From assembly GCA_963589425.1 (NCBI GenBank), contig CAVAKZ010000003.1:10839-74838 (forward strand): a stretch of DNA of 64,000 nucleotides, in the 5' to 3' direction. Every line of letters starts with the position of its first letter. Position 1 is the stretch's first letter. Shown one piece after another: positions 26,628-34,953 of this stretch. The stretch is from Parabacteroides distasonis. GTDB lineage: Bacteria; Bacillota; Clostridia; Lachnospirales; Lachnospiraceae. A model generated the notes under the pieces. That model did not search any database. It was not told the origin of the DNA and worked only from the letters and a program-made list of their open reading frames with translations. Both the position numbers and the translations under genes were made by a program.

Positions 26628-28805
26628 ATGTCTATGAGAAAGAAAAAAATGAATCAACCCCTAAGCAAGGGCGTGGCAAGGGTTCCGGTGATTATGCAGC
26701 TGGAGATGCTGGAGTGCGGTGCGGCCTGTTTTGCCATGATTATGGGATATTATGGGAAATGGATTACTCTGGAGCAGGCAAGGATTGACTGTGGAGTGTC
26801 CAGAGACGGGTCCAGTGCGAAAAATATTATGCGGGCAGCAAAAGGCTATGGTATGGAAGTGCATGCTTACAAACTGGAGCCGGAAGCCCTTTTCAAAGAG
26901 GGCCCTTTTCCCTGTATGATTCACTGGGGATTTAACCATTTTGTGGTACTTGATGGCTTCCATGGAAATAAGGCCGTGCTTAATGACCCGGCAAGAGGCC
27001 GGATTGTGGTATCCTGGGAGGAGTTCGATAGGGAATTTACAGGAGTCTGCATGACCATGGCACCAGGGCCTGACTTTGTGCCGGAGGGGGCCAGAAAGAA
27101 TGTTTGGAAATATGCCGGAGAACGTATAAAAGGAACGGGAAGCTCTACGATATTTGTGGCCTTAACTACGGTGATTATTGCCTTTTTAGGAATCCTACAA
27201 CCTATATTTAATCAGATTTTTTTGGATCGTTTGCTTACAGGAACCAATAAAGACTGGCTTTTTGGATTTCTTGTGGTTCTGGGAGTTTATTCGGGAGTCC
27301 TGGTGCTAATGAGCTGGATCAATGCGATTTATGGATTAAAGATTCAGGGAAAGATTTCCGCTGTGGGGAATTCTTCCTATTTGTGGAAAATCCTGCGGCT
27401 TCCCATGCAATTTTTTGATCAGCGACTTCCCAGAGACTTGGTGGAGAGGCAAAGTACCAATGCTTCCATTGCAGGAGACTTGGTTAACACCTTTGGCCCT
27501 CTGGTGATCAATAGCTGGATGATGGTATTCTATCTGGTGCTGATGCTAAGAAGAAGCCTTTTTCTTACCCTGATTGGAGTGGGCTCACTAGCTATCAACT
27601 TGCTGGTATCAGGTTGGATTACCCAAAGACGAGTAAATATACAGCGAGTCCAGATGAGAGATCAAAGTAAATTTTCCAGTGCAGTTGTCACCGGAATTGA
27701 TATGATCGAGACCATAAAGGCCAGCGGTGTGGAAAAAGGATATTTCGCCAGACTTTCTGGATATCAGGCCAGCGTTAATGAGGGAGAAACCAGATTTGCA
27801 AAATTTAACCAGTGGCTGGAGATTATTCCCAGACTTTGTGGAGCCCTAGCTAACCTTGCAGTTTTAGGTTATGGAATGGACCTGGTCATAAACGGAGAAA
27901 TGACCCTTGGTATGATTATGGCTTTTCAAGGCTTTTTAAATGCTTTTACAGCTCCCGCAACTTCTATGGTATCTGCAGGCCAGTCTCTCCAGGAAATGTT
28001 GACCCAGATGGAACGAGTAGACGATGTTATGAATTATGAAAATGACGCCTGGTTTCAGGAGCGGGAAATTATAGACCGACAGGAGAAATTAAGTGGTCAA
28101 ATAGAGCTAAAAAATGTTACTTTTGGATATTCAAGGTTTGCAGCTCCCGTTATTGAAAACTTTTCCATGAAGGTAAAAGCCGGGGAAAAGATTGCCATTG
28201 TGGGAGCTTCAGGCTGTGGAAAATCAACCCTGGTAAAACTTCTCACCGGCCTTAGTAAGGCCTGGTCCGGAGAGATTTTATTTGACGGAATTGAGATTTC
28301 GAAAATGGACAGAGATATATTTACAGCCTCTGTATCGGTGGTAGACCAGGAAGTAATTCTTTTTGACGATACCATTGCCAACAACATTTCCATGTGGGAT
28401 GACACTATGGAGGATGGGGATATTATAGCAGCTGCCAAGGACGCTCAGATTCATGAGGACATCCGAAAGGCAGGGGGCTATCAAAATAAGATCCAAGAAG
28501 AGGGTAGGGACCTGTCAGGAGGCCAAAGGCAGAGACTTGAGATTGCAAGAGCCTTGGCCAAGAACCCCTCCATCTGCATTCTGGATGAGGCTACTTCAGC
28601 TTTAGATGCCAAGACAGAATATGATGTGGTAAATGCTATAAGTAAAAGAGGAATCACTTGTATTGTGGTTGCCCACCGCCTGTCCACTATCAGGGATTGT
28701 GATGAGATCATTGTCTTGGATCAGGGGCAGATTGTAGAGTCTGGTACCCATGATGAATTAATGAAACTTGATGGATTTTATAAATTGCTGATTACAAACG
28801 ACTAG
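26628..28805 (+). CDS. Peptidase-C39-domain ABC exporter (PCAT, peptidase/ATP-binding)
   Basis: C39 motifs 'QLEMLECGAAC' (Cys), 'GFNHFVVL' (His) and 'LNDP'. Six-TM exporter core. Walker A 'GASGCGKST', signature 'LSGGQRQR', Walker B 'ILDEATSALD'. Confidence 0.9.
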   Translation: MSMRKKKMNQPLSKGVARVPVIMQLEMLECGAACFAMIMGYYGKWITLEQARIDCGVSRDGSSAKNIMRAAKGYGMEVHAYKLEPEALFKEGPFPCMIHWGFNHFVVLDGFHGNKAVLNDPARGRIVVSWEEFDREFTGVCMTMAPGPDFVPEGARKNVWKYAGERIKGTGSSTIFVALTTVIIAFLGILQPIFNQIFLDRLLTGTNKDWLFGFLVVLGVYSGVLVLMSWINAIYGLKIQGKISAVGNSSYLWKILRLPMQFFDQRLPRDLVERQSTNASIAGDLVNTFGPLVINSWMMVFYLVLMLRRSLFLTLIGVGSLAINLLVSGWITQRRVNIQRVQMRDQSKFSSAVVTGIDMIETIKASGVEKGYFARLSGYQASVNEGETRFAKFNQWLEIIPRLCGALANLAVLGYGMDLVINGEMTLGMIMAFQGFLNAFTAPATSMVSAGQSLQEMLTQMERVDDVMNYENDAWFQEREIIDRQEKLSGQIELKNVTFGYSRFAAPVIENFSMKVKAGEKIAIVGASGCGKSTLVKLLTGLSKAWSGEILFDGIEISKMDRDIFTASVSVVDQEVILFDDTIANNISMWDDTMEDGDIIAAAKDAQIHEDIRKAGGYQNKIQEEGRDLSGGQRQRLEIARALAKNPSICILDEATSALDAKTEYDVVNAISKRGITCIVVAHRLSTIRDCDEIIVLDQGQIVESGTHDELMKLDGFYKLLITND

Positions 28806-28820
28806 AAAGGAGATTATTTC

Positions 28821-30998
28821 GTGGAAGGATTTAACCGGCAAATTGAAAATCGAAAAAAACACGAAAATGAGCTCCTTACAGAAGCCTTTCAGGACATTTC
28901 TAAGGCCGTTGCCCATAAGAAAATTTCCCAGGAATTATTTCAGGAGGGAAAGGATACTAAGGATGCGGTATCCCAGCTTTTGAGACATTACGGAATCAGA
29001 GAAAAGGAGGTCCCTAAGAGTTTAAAAAGCTTAGAGGATCGATTGGACTTCCTTCTTTCCTCTGCAGGAGTCTACTATCGTCCTATCCGTTTGGAGGAAG
29101 GATGGCAAAAAGATGCCATGGGGGTCATGATGAGCAGCATGAAAGAAGATGGCGCAGTCATTACCATTCTTCCCTGGGAGGGGGGAGGCTTTTACTATGT
29201 AAATCCCCATACAGGAAAGCGCACCAGAATAGATAAGACGGAGGCTGCCAAAATCGGCCAGGAGGGCTATTGCTTTTACCGGGCCCTTCCCATGCGGAAA
29301 TTAAGAGCTTATGATATTTGGAATTATATGAGAGAGTGTCTGACAGCCTGGGATATTTTAAGCTTCACTACAGTGACAGGAATTGTTACCCTGGTAGGCT
29401 TGCTTCTTCCAAAACTTAGCAAGCTTCTTACCGGCACAGTCTTGGATTTTGAAAGTGAACAGCTCCTTCTTGCAGTGATGGTCTTTATGGCTTGCACATC
29501 CTTTAGTTATATTCTCTTTGAGTCTATGAAGGATATCTTAGTGAAGCGCATGAGTACCAAACTGACACAGCACTTGATTACCGCTACAATGATGCGGGTA
29601 ATATCTCTTCCGGTGGAATTTTTTAAAAATTATTCTACAGGTGAACTCAATCAATATCTTGCCTACATGTCCAGCATTTGCAATACAGCGATTAAGGGAT
29701 TTTTTGCCACAGGAATAACAGGTTTATTTTCCCTTGTATTCCTGGTTCAGGTATTTACCTTTGCAAAACCTTTGGTGATTCCTTCCTTGATTGTGACAGC
29801 ATTTACCTTGATTGTCAGTGCTCTTACAGGAATTACACAGTCCGCTATTAGTAGAGAACAAATGCAGATGGCTGCCAAGGAAAAGGGTCTGGTGTATTCC
29901 CTTATTAAGGGGATTAGGAAGATCCGACTGGCAGGGGCTGAAAAAAGAGCCTTTGTAAATTGGGCTCACAGCTATGCCAGGGAGGCAGAACTTCAGTACG
30001 ATCCTCCGGCCCAGATTAAGTTAAGTAAGGTATTTACTACAGCTATTTCTTTGGGAGGAACTATAGCAGTTTATATTGTAGCAGTGAGAAGCCAGGTGAC
30101 GGTGTCGGATTATTATGCCTTTACTATATCCTATGCCTTCGTATCTGTGGCCTTATTGTCTATGGCAAATGTTGCCGCAAAGGTGGCGACGATCCGACCT
30201 ACCATGGATTTGATTCGCCCTCTGATGGAAGCGGTTCCTGAGGAGGGAGAGGACTTAGAGACCGTTACAGAACTTCAGGGAGAAATTGAGGTAGATAGTG
30301 TTAGCTTCCGATATGAAGCGGATGCGCCTCTGATTTTGGAAGATTTATCTATAAAGATTCCGGCAGGCCAGTATGTGGCTATTGTAGGAAAAACCGGATG
30401 CGGAAAGTCCACCCTTCTCCGCTTGCTTTTGGGATTTGAGACCCCAACCAAGGGAAGTATTTATTACGATAAAAAAGATTCCAGAGGATTGGACATGCGG
30501 TCTGTAAGAAAACAGATCGGAACCGTTATGCAGGATGGAAAGTTGTTTCAGGGAAGTATTTACGAAAATATTTCCATAGGAGCTCCGGGCCTTTCTATGG
30601 ACCAAGTTTGGGAAGCGGCTGAGATGGCCGGGATTGCAGAAGATATCAGGCGGATGCCTATGGGCATGCATACCATTATTGCAGGAACCGGAGGAAGTAT
30701 GTCCGGAGGCCAAAAACAGCGCCTTATGATAGCAAGAGCAGTGGCTCCAAAGCCCAAAATCCTCTTTTTAGATGAGGCAACATCCGCCCTAGATAACATA
30801 ACCCAAAAGAGGGTGTCGAAGTCTTTAGACAAATTAAATTGCACTAGAATCGTGGTGGCTCATAGACTTTCCACCATCCGTCATTGCGACCGAATCCTGG
30901 TGCTGGATCAGGGGAAGATTATAGAGGATGGAAGCTACTGGGAGCTTATGGAGAAGCAGGGGTTTTTTGCTGAGTTAGTTGAGAGGCAGCGACTTTGA
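28821..30998 (+). CDS. ABC exporter with a degenerate (Cys-less) C39-like N-terminal domain
   Basis: The N-terminal ~160 aa occupies the C39 position but has no catalytic Cys motif. 'GKTGCGKST', 'MSGGQKQR', 'LFLDEATSALD'. GTG start with SD aaaggag. Confidence 0.85.
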   Translation: MEGFNRQIENRKKHENELLTEAFQDISKAVAHKKISQELFQEGKDTKDAVSQLLRHYGIREKEVPKSLKSLEDRLDFLLSSAGVYYRPIRLEEGWQKDAMGVMMSSMKEDGAVITILPWEGGGFYYVNPHTGKRTRIDKTEAAKIGQEGYCFYRALPMRKLRAYDIWNYMRECLTAWDILSFTTVTGIVTLVGLLLPKLSKLLTGTVLDFESEQLLLAVMVFMACTSFSYILFESMKDILVKRMSTKLTQHLITATMMRVISLPVEFFKNYSTGELNQYLAYMSSICNTAIKGFFATGITGLFSLVFLVQVFTFAKPLVIPSLIVTAFTLIVSALTGITQSAISREQMQMAAKEKGLVYSLIKGIRKIRLAGAEKRAFVNWAHSYAREAELQYDPPAQIKLSKVFTTAISLGGTIAVYIVAVRSQVTVSDYYAFTISYAFVSVALLSMANVAAKVATIRPTMDLIRPLMEAVPEEGEDLETVTELQGEIEVDSVSFRYEADAPLILEDLSIKIPAGQYVAIVGKTGCGKSTLLRLLLGFETPTKGSIYYDKKDSRGLDMRSVRKQIGTVMQDGKLFQGSIYENISIGAPGLSMDQVWEAAEMAGIAEDIRRMPMGMHTIIAGTGGSMSGGQKQRLMIARAVAPKPKILFLDEATSALDNITQKRVSKSLDKLNCTRIVVAHRLSTIRHCDRILVLDQGKIIEDGSYWELMEKQGFFAELVERQRL

Positions 30999-31011
30999 CG
31001 TCGAGGGAGGA

Positions 31012-31455
31012 TGCACCGCAGGGACGGACGCATACGAGGGGATGAGATATACCGTCAAAATGGACTGCGTTTCCTGCTCGCTGCAGGCGCCGAGCCACTC
31101 CGGCTCCAGCGCAACTCGCCCAAAAAGCGGGCTCAAACAAGCGCTCGCCTTCGTTGCTAGCCTGCAGCTCCCTACGGAAGCATATACAAAAGCCCCCAGT
31201 AGTGGTTGCTACTGGGGGCTTCTTGTTTAGGATATTTTCTGAAGCAAACAGCAAAGCTGGGAGCGAGACATGTTCTTCGCAAACAATTGCGAGGCTTCCG
31301 TAGGGACTTGCACGCTAGCAGCGAAGGCGGGCGCTTGTTTGAGCCACCCTGTTTTTGGGGTGGCGAGTTGCGCCTAGAGCCTTCGCGAATCAGCGCGTGC
31401 AAGGAGCAGGAAACGTAGCATGTTTGCGAAGAACATGTCTCGCTCCCTGCGGTGC
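31012..31455. repeat. GC-rich nested inverted-repeat element filling a convergent intergenic region
   Basis: Arm A (31012-31181) and arm B (31294-31455) are reverse complements at roughly 75% identity. Examples are tgcaccgcaggga/tccctgcggtgc and ctcaaacaagcgc...tccctacggaagc/gcttccgtaggga...gcgcttgtttgag. A third partial copy at 31258-31286 is complementary to 31421-31448. Confidence 0.85.
31191..31228. terminator. Bidirectional-looking terminator hairpin at the centre of the inverted-repeat element
   Basis: agcccccagtag (31191-31202) pairs with ctactgggggct (31210-31221). caaaa lies before it and tcttgttt after it. Confidence 0.6.
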
Positions 31456-31499
31456 GTCCGTTTTTAGACAATTGCCAGGCTCCCCTGTAATGCGTCCGT

Positions 31500-32990
31500 T
31501 TAAAAGTCAGATGCTAAACTTCCTTCTGAAGGAGTGCTCTGTTTGGAGGTATGCTTTCCCTTTTCCCAAGCTCGGGTATCATCAGCAATTCCAAAGGCTT
31601 CCGGATCAAAACTAGGATCCTTCCCTTCTTTTTTCTGAGCCTCGTAATCTTTAAGCATAGCCCCGGCTTTTGGTGCTAAAAGTGCAATGGCAATTATATT
31701 TGCCCATCCAAGAAGGCCGTAACCGATATCGCCCATAGCCCACATGGCATCTGCATTTACAACAGCTCCTAAGAAGGATGCTAGGATAAATAAGGCTCTG
31801 GCTGCTGTAATAGCATGTTTGTTGTTGCCGGATAAATAGCGGATATTGCTTTCTGCCTGATAGCAGTAGCCGGTCATGGAAGTGAATACAAATAGTACAA
31901 TAATAATGGCCAGGACCTTGCCGCTCCAGTCGCCGTAGGTGCTCATAAGAGCATGCTGGGTCCACTTAATTCCGGCTTCAATACCACCGGTTTGACTAAT
32001 GATTAGATTTCCTGCACTGTCACAGACATCGAAGGTGCCGGTGAGAAGTACAATAAATGCAGTGGCAGATCCTACAAAAAGTGTATCAACGTAAATAGAG
32101 AAAGATTGGATCAGTCCCTGCTTTACCGGATGGGAACACTCTGCAGCGGCAGATACAATGGCGCCGCATCCCATGCCGGCTTCATTTGAGTAGATGCCTC
32201 GCTTTACACCCCAGGAAATTGCAGAACCTAGAATTCCGCCAAGTAAGGCATTTGTGCCAAAGGCAGAGCTGATGATCATCTGCAGGATGCTTGGAAGCTT
32301 GCCAATGTTTAATCCGATGATTACCAGAGCTGCAAGAATATAAATCATGCACATGACAGGGGCCAAGAGTTCAGCGATGGCTGCAATTCTTTTAATGCTT
32401 CCATAGACCACGATGGCTAGGAATACACAGCAAATGGCTCCTACAATGACCTTGTTTACGGAAAAGGCTTCCTCGAATACGGTAACTAAGGAATTGATCT
32501 GGACGCCGGGCATTAATAATCCAGGCCCTAAAAAGGCAATGATTGCAAATAAAATGGCATAGGGTTTGCACTTTAATCCCTTTTCAATATAGTAGGCTGG
32601 GCCCCCTAGGAATTCTCCCTCCGGATTTTTTACCTTATAGGCTTGTCCTAAAGTAGATTCTACAAAGGCAGAAGCTGCTCCTATAATGGCAATGATCCAC
32701 ATCCAGAATACAGATCCGGGACCTCCATAAAAAATTGCAGAGGCAACCCCGGCAATATTTCCCATTCCAACTCTTGCCCCTACGGTAGTGGCAAAGGACT
32801 GGAATGGCGTGATTCCGCTTTCACTTTCTTCTTTTGTGGTTAACAGACGAATCATTTCCTTCAACAGGCGAACTTGTGGGAACCTCAGTCGAATAGATAA
32901 ATAGAGACCAACTCCCAGGCACAAAGCCACCAAGAGCATGCTCCAGACAATGCCATCCAACTGGTTTACCCATGTTGTAAATTGTTCCAT
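31500..32990 (-). CDS. Sodium:alanine (AGCS-family) symporter
   Basis: 'MEQFTTWVNQLDGIVWSMLLV', 'GPGSVFWMWIIAIIGAASAFVESTLGQAYK' and 'GIYSNEAGMG' are typical of AGCS. I chose the start at ATG 32990 (SD gaagagggg) over the longer ORF start at 33155. Confidence 0.88.
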   Translation of the reverse strand: MEQFTTWVNQLDGIVWSMLLVALCLGVGLYLSIRLRFPQVRLLKEMIRLLTTKEESESGITPFQSFATTVGARVGMGNIAGVASAIFYGGPGSVFWMWIIAIIGAASAFVESTLGQAYKVKNPEGEFLGGPAYYIEKGLKCKPYAILFAIIAFLGPGLLMPGVQINSLVTVFEEAFSVNKVIVGAICCVFLAIVVYGSIKRIAAIAELLAPVMCMIYILAALVIIGLNIGKLPSILQMIISSAFGTNALLGGILGSAISWGVKRGIYSNEAGMGCGAIVSAAAECSHPVKQGLIQSFSIYVDTLFVGSATAFIVLLTGTFDVCDSAGNLIISQTGGIEAGIKWTQHALMSTYGDWSGKVLAIIIVLFVFTSMTGYCYQAESNIRYLSGNNKHAITAARALFILASFLGAVVNADAMWAMGDIGYGLLGWANIIAIALLAPKAGAMLKDYEAQKKEGKDPSFDPEAFGIADDTRAWEKGKHTSKQSTPSEGSLASDF

Positions 32991-33024
32991 AATACCCCTC
33001 TTCTCTTTCTTTATCCTTATTTGT

Positions 33025-33057
33025 AAAAACGCCTCTGTCATAAAAGATGACGAGGCG
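33025..33057 (-). terminator. Terminator-like hairpin in the 5' leader of the symporter gene (possible attenuator)
   Basis: The minus strand reads cgcctcgtcat-cttt-tatgacagaggcg followed by ttttt. It lies 35 nt upstream of the start codon. Confidence 0.45.
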
Positions 33058-33069
33058 AAAACTATTCTT

Positions 33070-33098
33070 ATTATAAAATCGCCTATGAAAGAAGTCAA
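33070..33098 (-). promoter_or_regulatory. Candidate sigma-A promoter for the symporter gene
   Basis: The minus strand reads TTGACT, 17-nt spacer, TATAAT. Confidence 0.5.
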
Positions 33099-33300
33099 AC
33101 AAATACTTGCAAAAATTGATGCCAAATGGGATTTTGATTGATGAAAAATGAACAAAATAAAAATGGGATATTCATGGTGGTGGAGGGAAGAAAAATAGAT
33201 TATACTTAAGCTAGATTTTTAGCTTGGATTGTGATAGGATATCAAGGTTGCAAATGACTAACTAAAATGATAAATGGATAATATGAAATCAGGGGGGGCT

Positions 33301-34953
33301 ATGAAAAGGGATAGCAAGAAGAAAGTCGAAATGATTGTGGATCTCTTTCTGCTTGTTTTTGTACTGGTGCTGGCGGGTGGCATGTACCGATATGAGCAGG
33401 AGAAGAATCCTTCTGTAAAATATGTAACAGAAGGATGGTATCAGTTGATGGATGGAGACAAGGAAGAGCTTGTCCTTCCGGCCAAGGTTCAGGCAGGGCA
33501 GGATGGGAAAATTTTGCTCTATAATGACAGCCTAAAGGGGGAGGAAGGAAGTGTCCTTTCTGTAAGTAATGTGCAGAATGAATTGCAGATCTTGGTAGGA
33601 GATCAGGTTCTTTATAGCTATAAGAACTCCCTTTTTGAGCGAAATAACCAGATGAAAGGAAAACTTTGGGGGGATGCAATTCTTCCAAGTTCCATTAAAG
33701 AAGGACCCCTTGTGCTGTCCTACACTTGTAAGCCGGGACAAGTTTTTGAGGTTGAGGCTCCTTATTTTGGAAGTATGGATAGCGTAGTCAGTAGTCACAT
33801 TTCTGAAAACTACCTTTCTCTTTTGGTGATCGCCGGCATCTTTGCTTTGGCTATAGTTGCTATTATGATTTTTCTTTATGGAATGAGTCAGGGGATGCTG
33901 GAGAGGCGGTTTTTTGACATGGCCATTTTCCTTTTCCTTACGGGAATCTGGTGTGTGACCGATTCTTCCCTTTATCAGATGTATGGAGGAGAGGTGGCAG
34001 CGGGAGGAGTGATTTCCTTCTATAGTTTCATGCTCTTAGCTATACCTATGGTACACTTTGTAAAAAATACGGGAACCATAAACAAATTTATACTTCCGGA
34101 CCTTATCATTGGGCTTTTTTATGGAAATGCAGTGATTCAGGGACTGGTTCATAGTTATTTTAAGATTTCCTTTGTAAAAATGCTGGGAGCAACACATATC
34201 CTTTTAGTGTTAGGAGTGGTGTCCCTAATCTATCTTCTTTGGAAGGAATATAAGGCCTATCACAGAGAACAGGTAAAAATCTGTCTGATAGCCTTTGGGG
34301 CTATGTCTTTTGGGGGAATTCTATCTTTGATTCTCTATTGGGCTTTGCAGATTTACTGGTATGATGTGATTTTCCAGCTGGGGATTTTGCTGGCCATTGG
34401 CATTATGACCTGGGGAATCTTAAGAGAAATCATCTATGAACGTCAACTAATGGCAGAGGAAGAGGCTTACGAACGGATGTCTGGGGAAGACCGTCTGACA
34501 GGACTTAAGAATCGAAAGGCCTTTGAACAATACTTGTTAATGGTGCAAAATAATACGACAAATCCCAAGGAGACCCTCCTGATTTTTGTTGATTTGGAGG
34601 ACCTTCATCAGGTGAATGAAGACCACGGAAATGCTGTGGGAGATGAAATGGTTATGGGGGCGGCCAGATGTATTCAGCGCGCCTGCGAGATTTTTGAAAA
34701 TGAAATTAAATGCTTCCGAATCCATGGGGATGAATTTGCGGTGGTGCTGCTTCCGGGAGCAGATCGTTATGTTTGGGAAAAACGATTATATCGGGAGGTG
34801 GAGAAATATAATCGAACCGGCCATCACCCCTTCCGTTTGACCTGTGGCTATGGAGTCCTGGAAGAAGGGGGAGAAACGATTAAGAGTTTAAGCCAATGGA
34901 AGTGGCATACCGATTATGACTTGGAAAAACAGAAAGGAGGCGAGAAAAGTTGA
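33301..34953 (+). CDS. Membrane sensor diguanylate-cyclase-type protein (extracellular domain, multi-TM region, GGDEF domain with an HGDEF motif)
   Basis: 'DRLTGLKNRKAF' and 'FRIHGDEFAVVL' are GGDEF-domain hallmarks, with the first Gly replaced by His. An N-terminal extracytoplasmic region is followed by about 7 TM segments. Start is ATG 33301 (G-rich SD) or ATG 33274. Confidence 0.8.
   Translation: MKRDSKKKVEMIVDLFLLVFVLVLAGGMYRYEQEKNPSVKYVTEGWYQLMDGDKEELVLPAKVQAGQDGKILLYNDSLKGEEGSVLSVSNVQNELQILVGDQVLYSYKNSLFERNNQMKGKLWGDAILPSSIKEGPLVLSYTCKPGQVFEVEAPYFGSMDSVVSSHISENYLSLLVIAGIFALAIVAIMIFLYGMSQGMLERRFFDMAIFLFLTGIWCVTDSSLYQMYGGEVAAGGVISFYSFMLLAIPMVHFVKNTGTINKFILPDLIIGLFYGNAVIQGLVHSYFKISFVKMLGATHILLVLGVVSLIYLLWKEYKAYHREQVKICLIAFGAMSFGGILSLILYWALQIYWYDVIFQLGILLAIGIMTWGILREIIYERQLMAEEEAYERMSGEDRLTGLKNRKAFEQYLLMVQNNTTNPKETLLIFVDLEDLHQVNEDHGNAVGDEMVMGAARCIQRACEIFENEIKCFRIHGDEFAVVLLPGADRYVWEKRLYREVEKYNRTGHHPFRLTCGYGVLEEGGETIKSLSQWKWHTDYDLEKQKGGEKS

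Noticed and set aside
30946-31615. Five overlapping 70-102-aa ORFs on both strands (for example 30979-31230 +, 31172-31471 -)
   Set aside because: They lie entirely in the inverted-repeat element. They appear on both strands because of its symmetry, lack SD sequences, and have Arg/Ala/Cys/Ser-rich composition typical of translated GC-rich non-coding DNA.
32991-33273. Glycine riboswitch upstream of the AGCS symporter
   Set aside because: The minus-strand leader lacks the conserved GGAGAG / CACCG / GGGGCAA-type elements. Only a promoter-proximal hairpin is visible.
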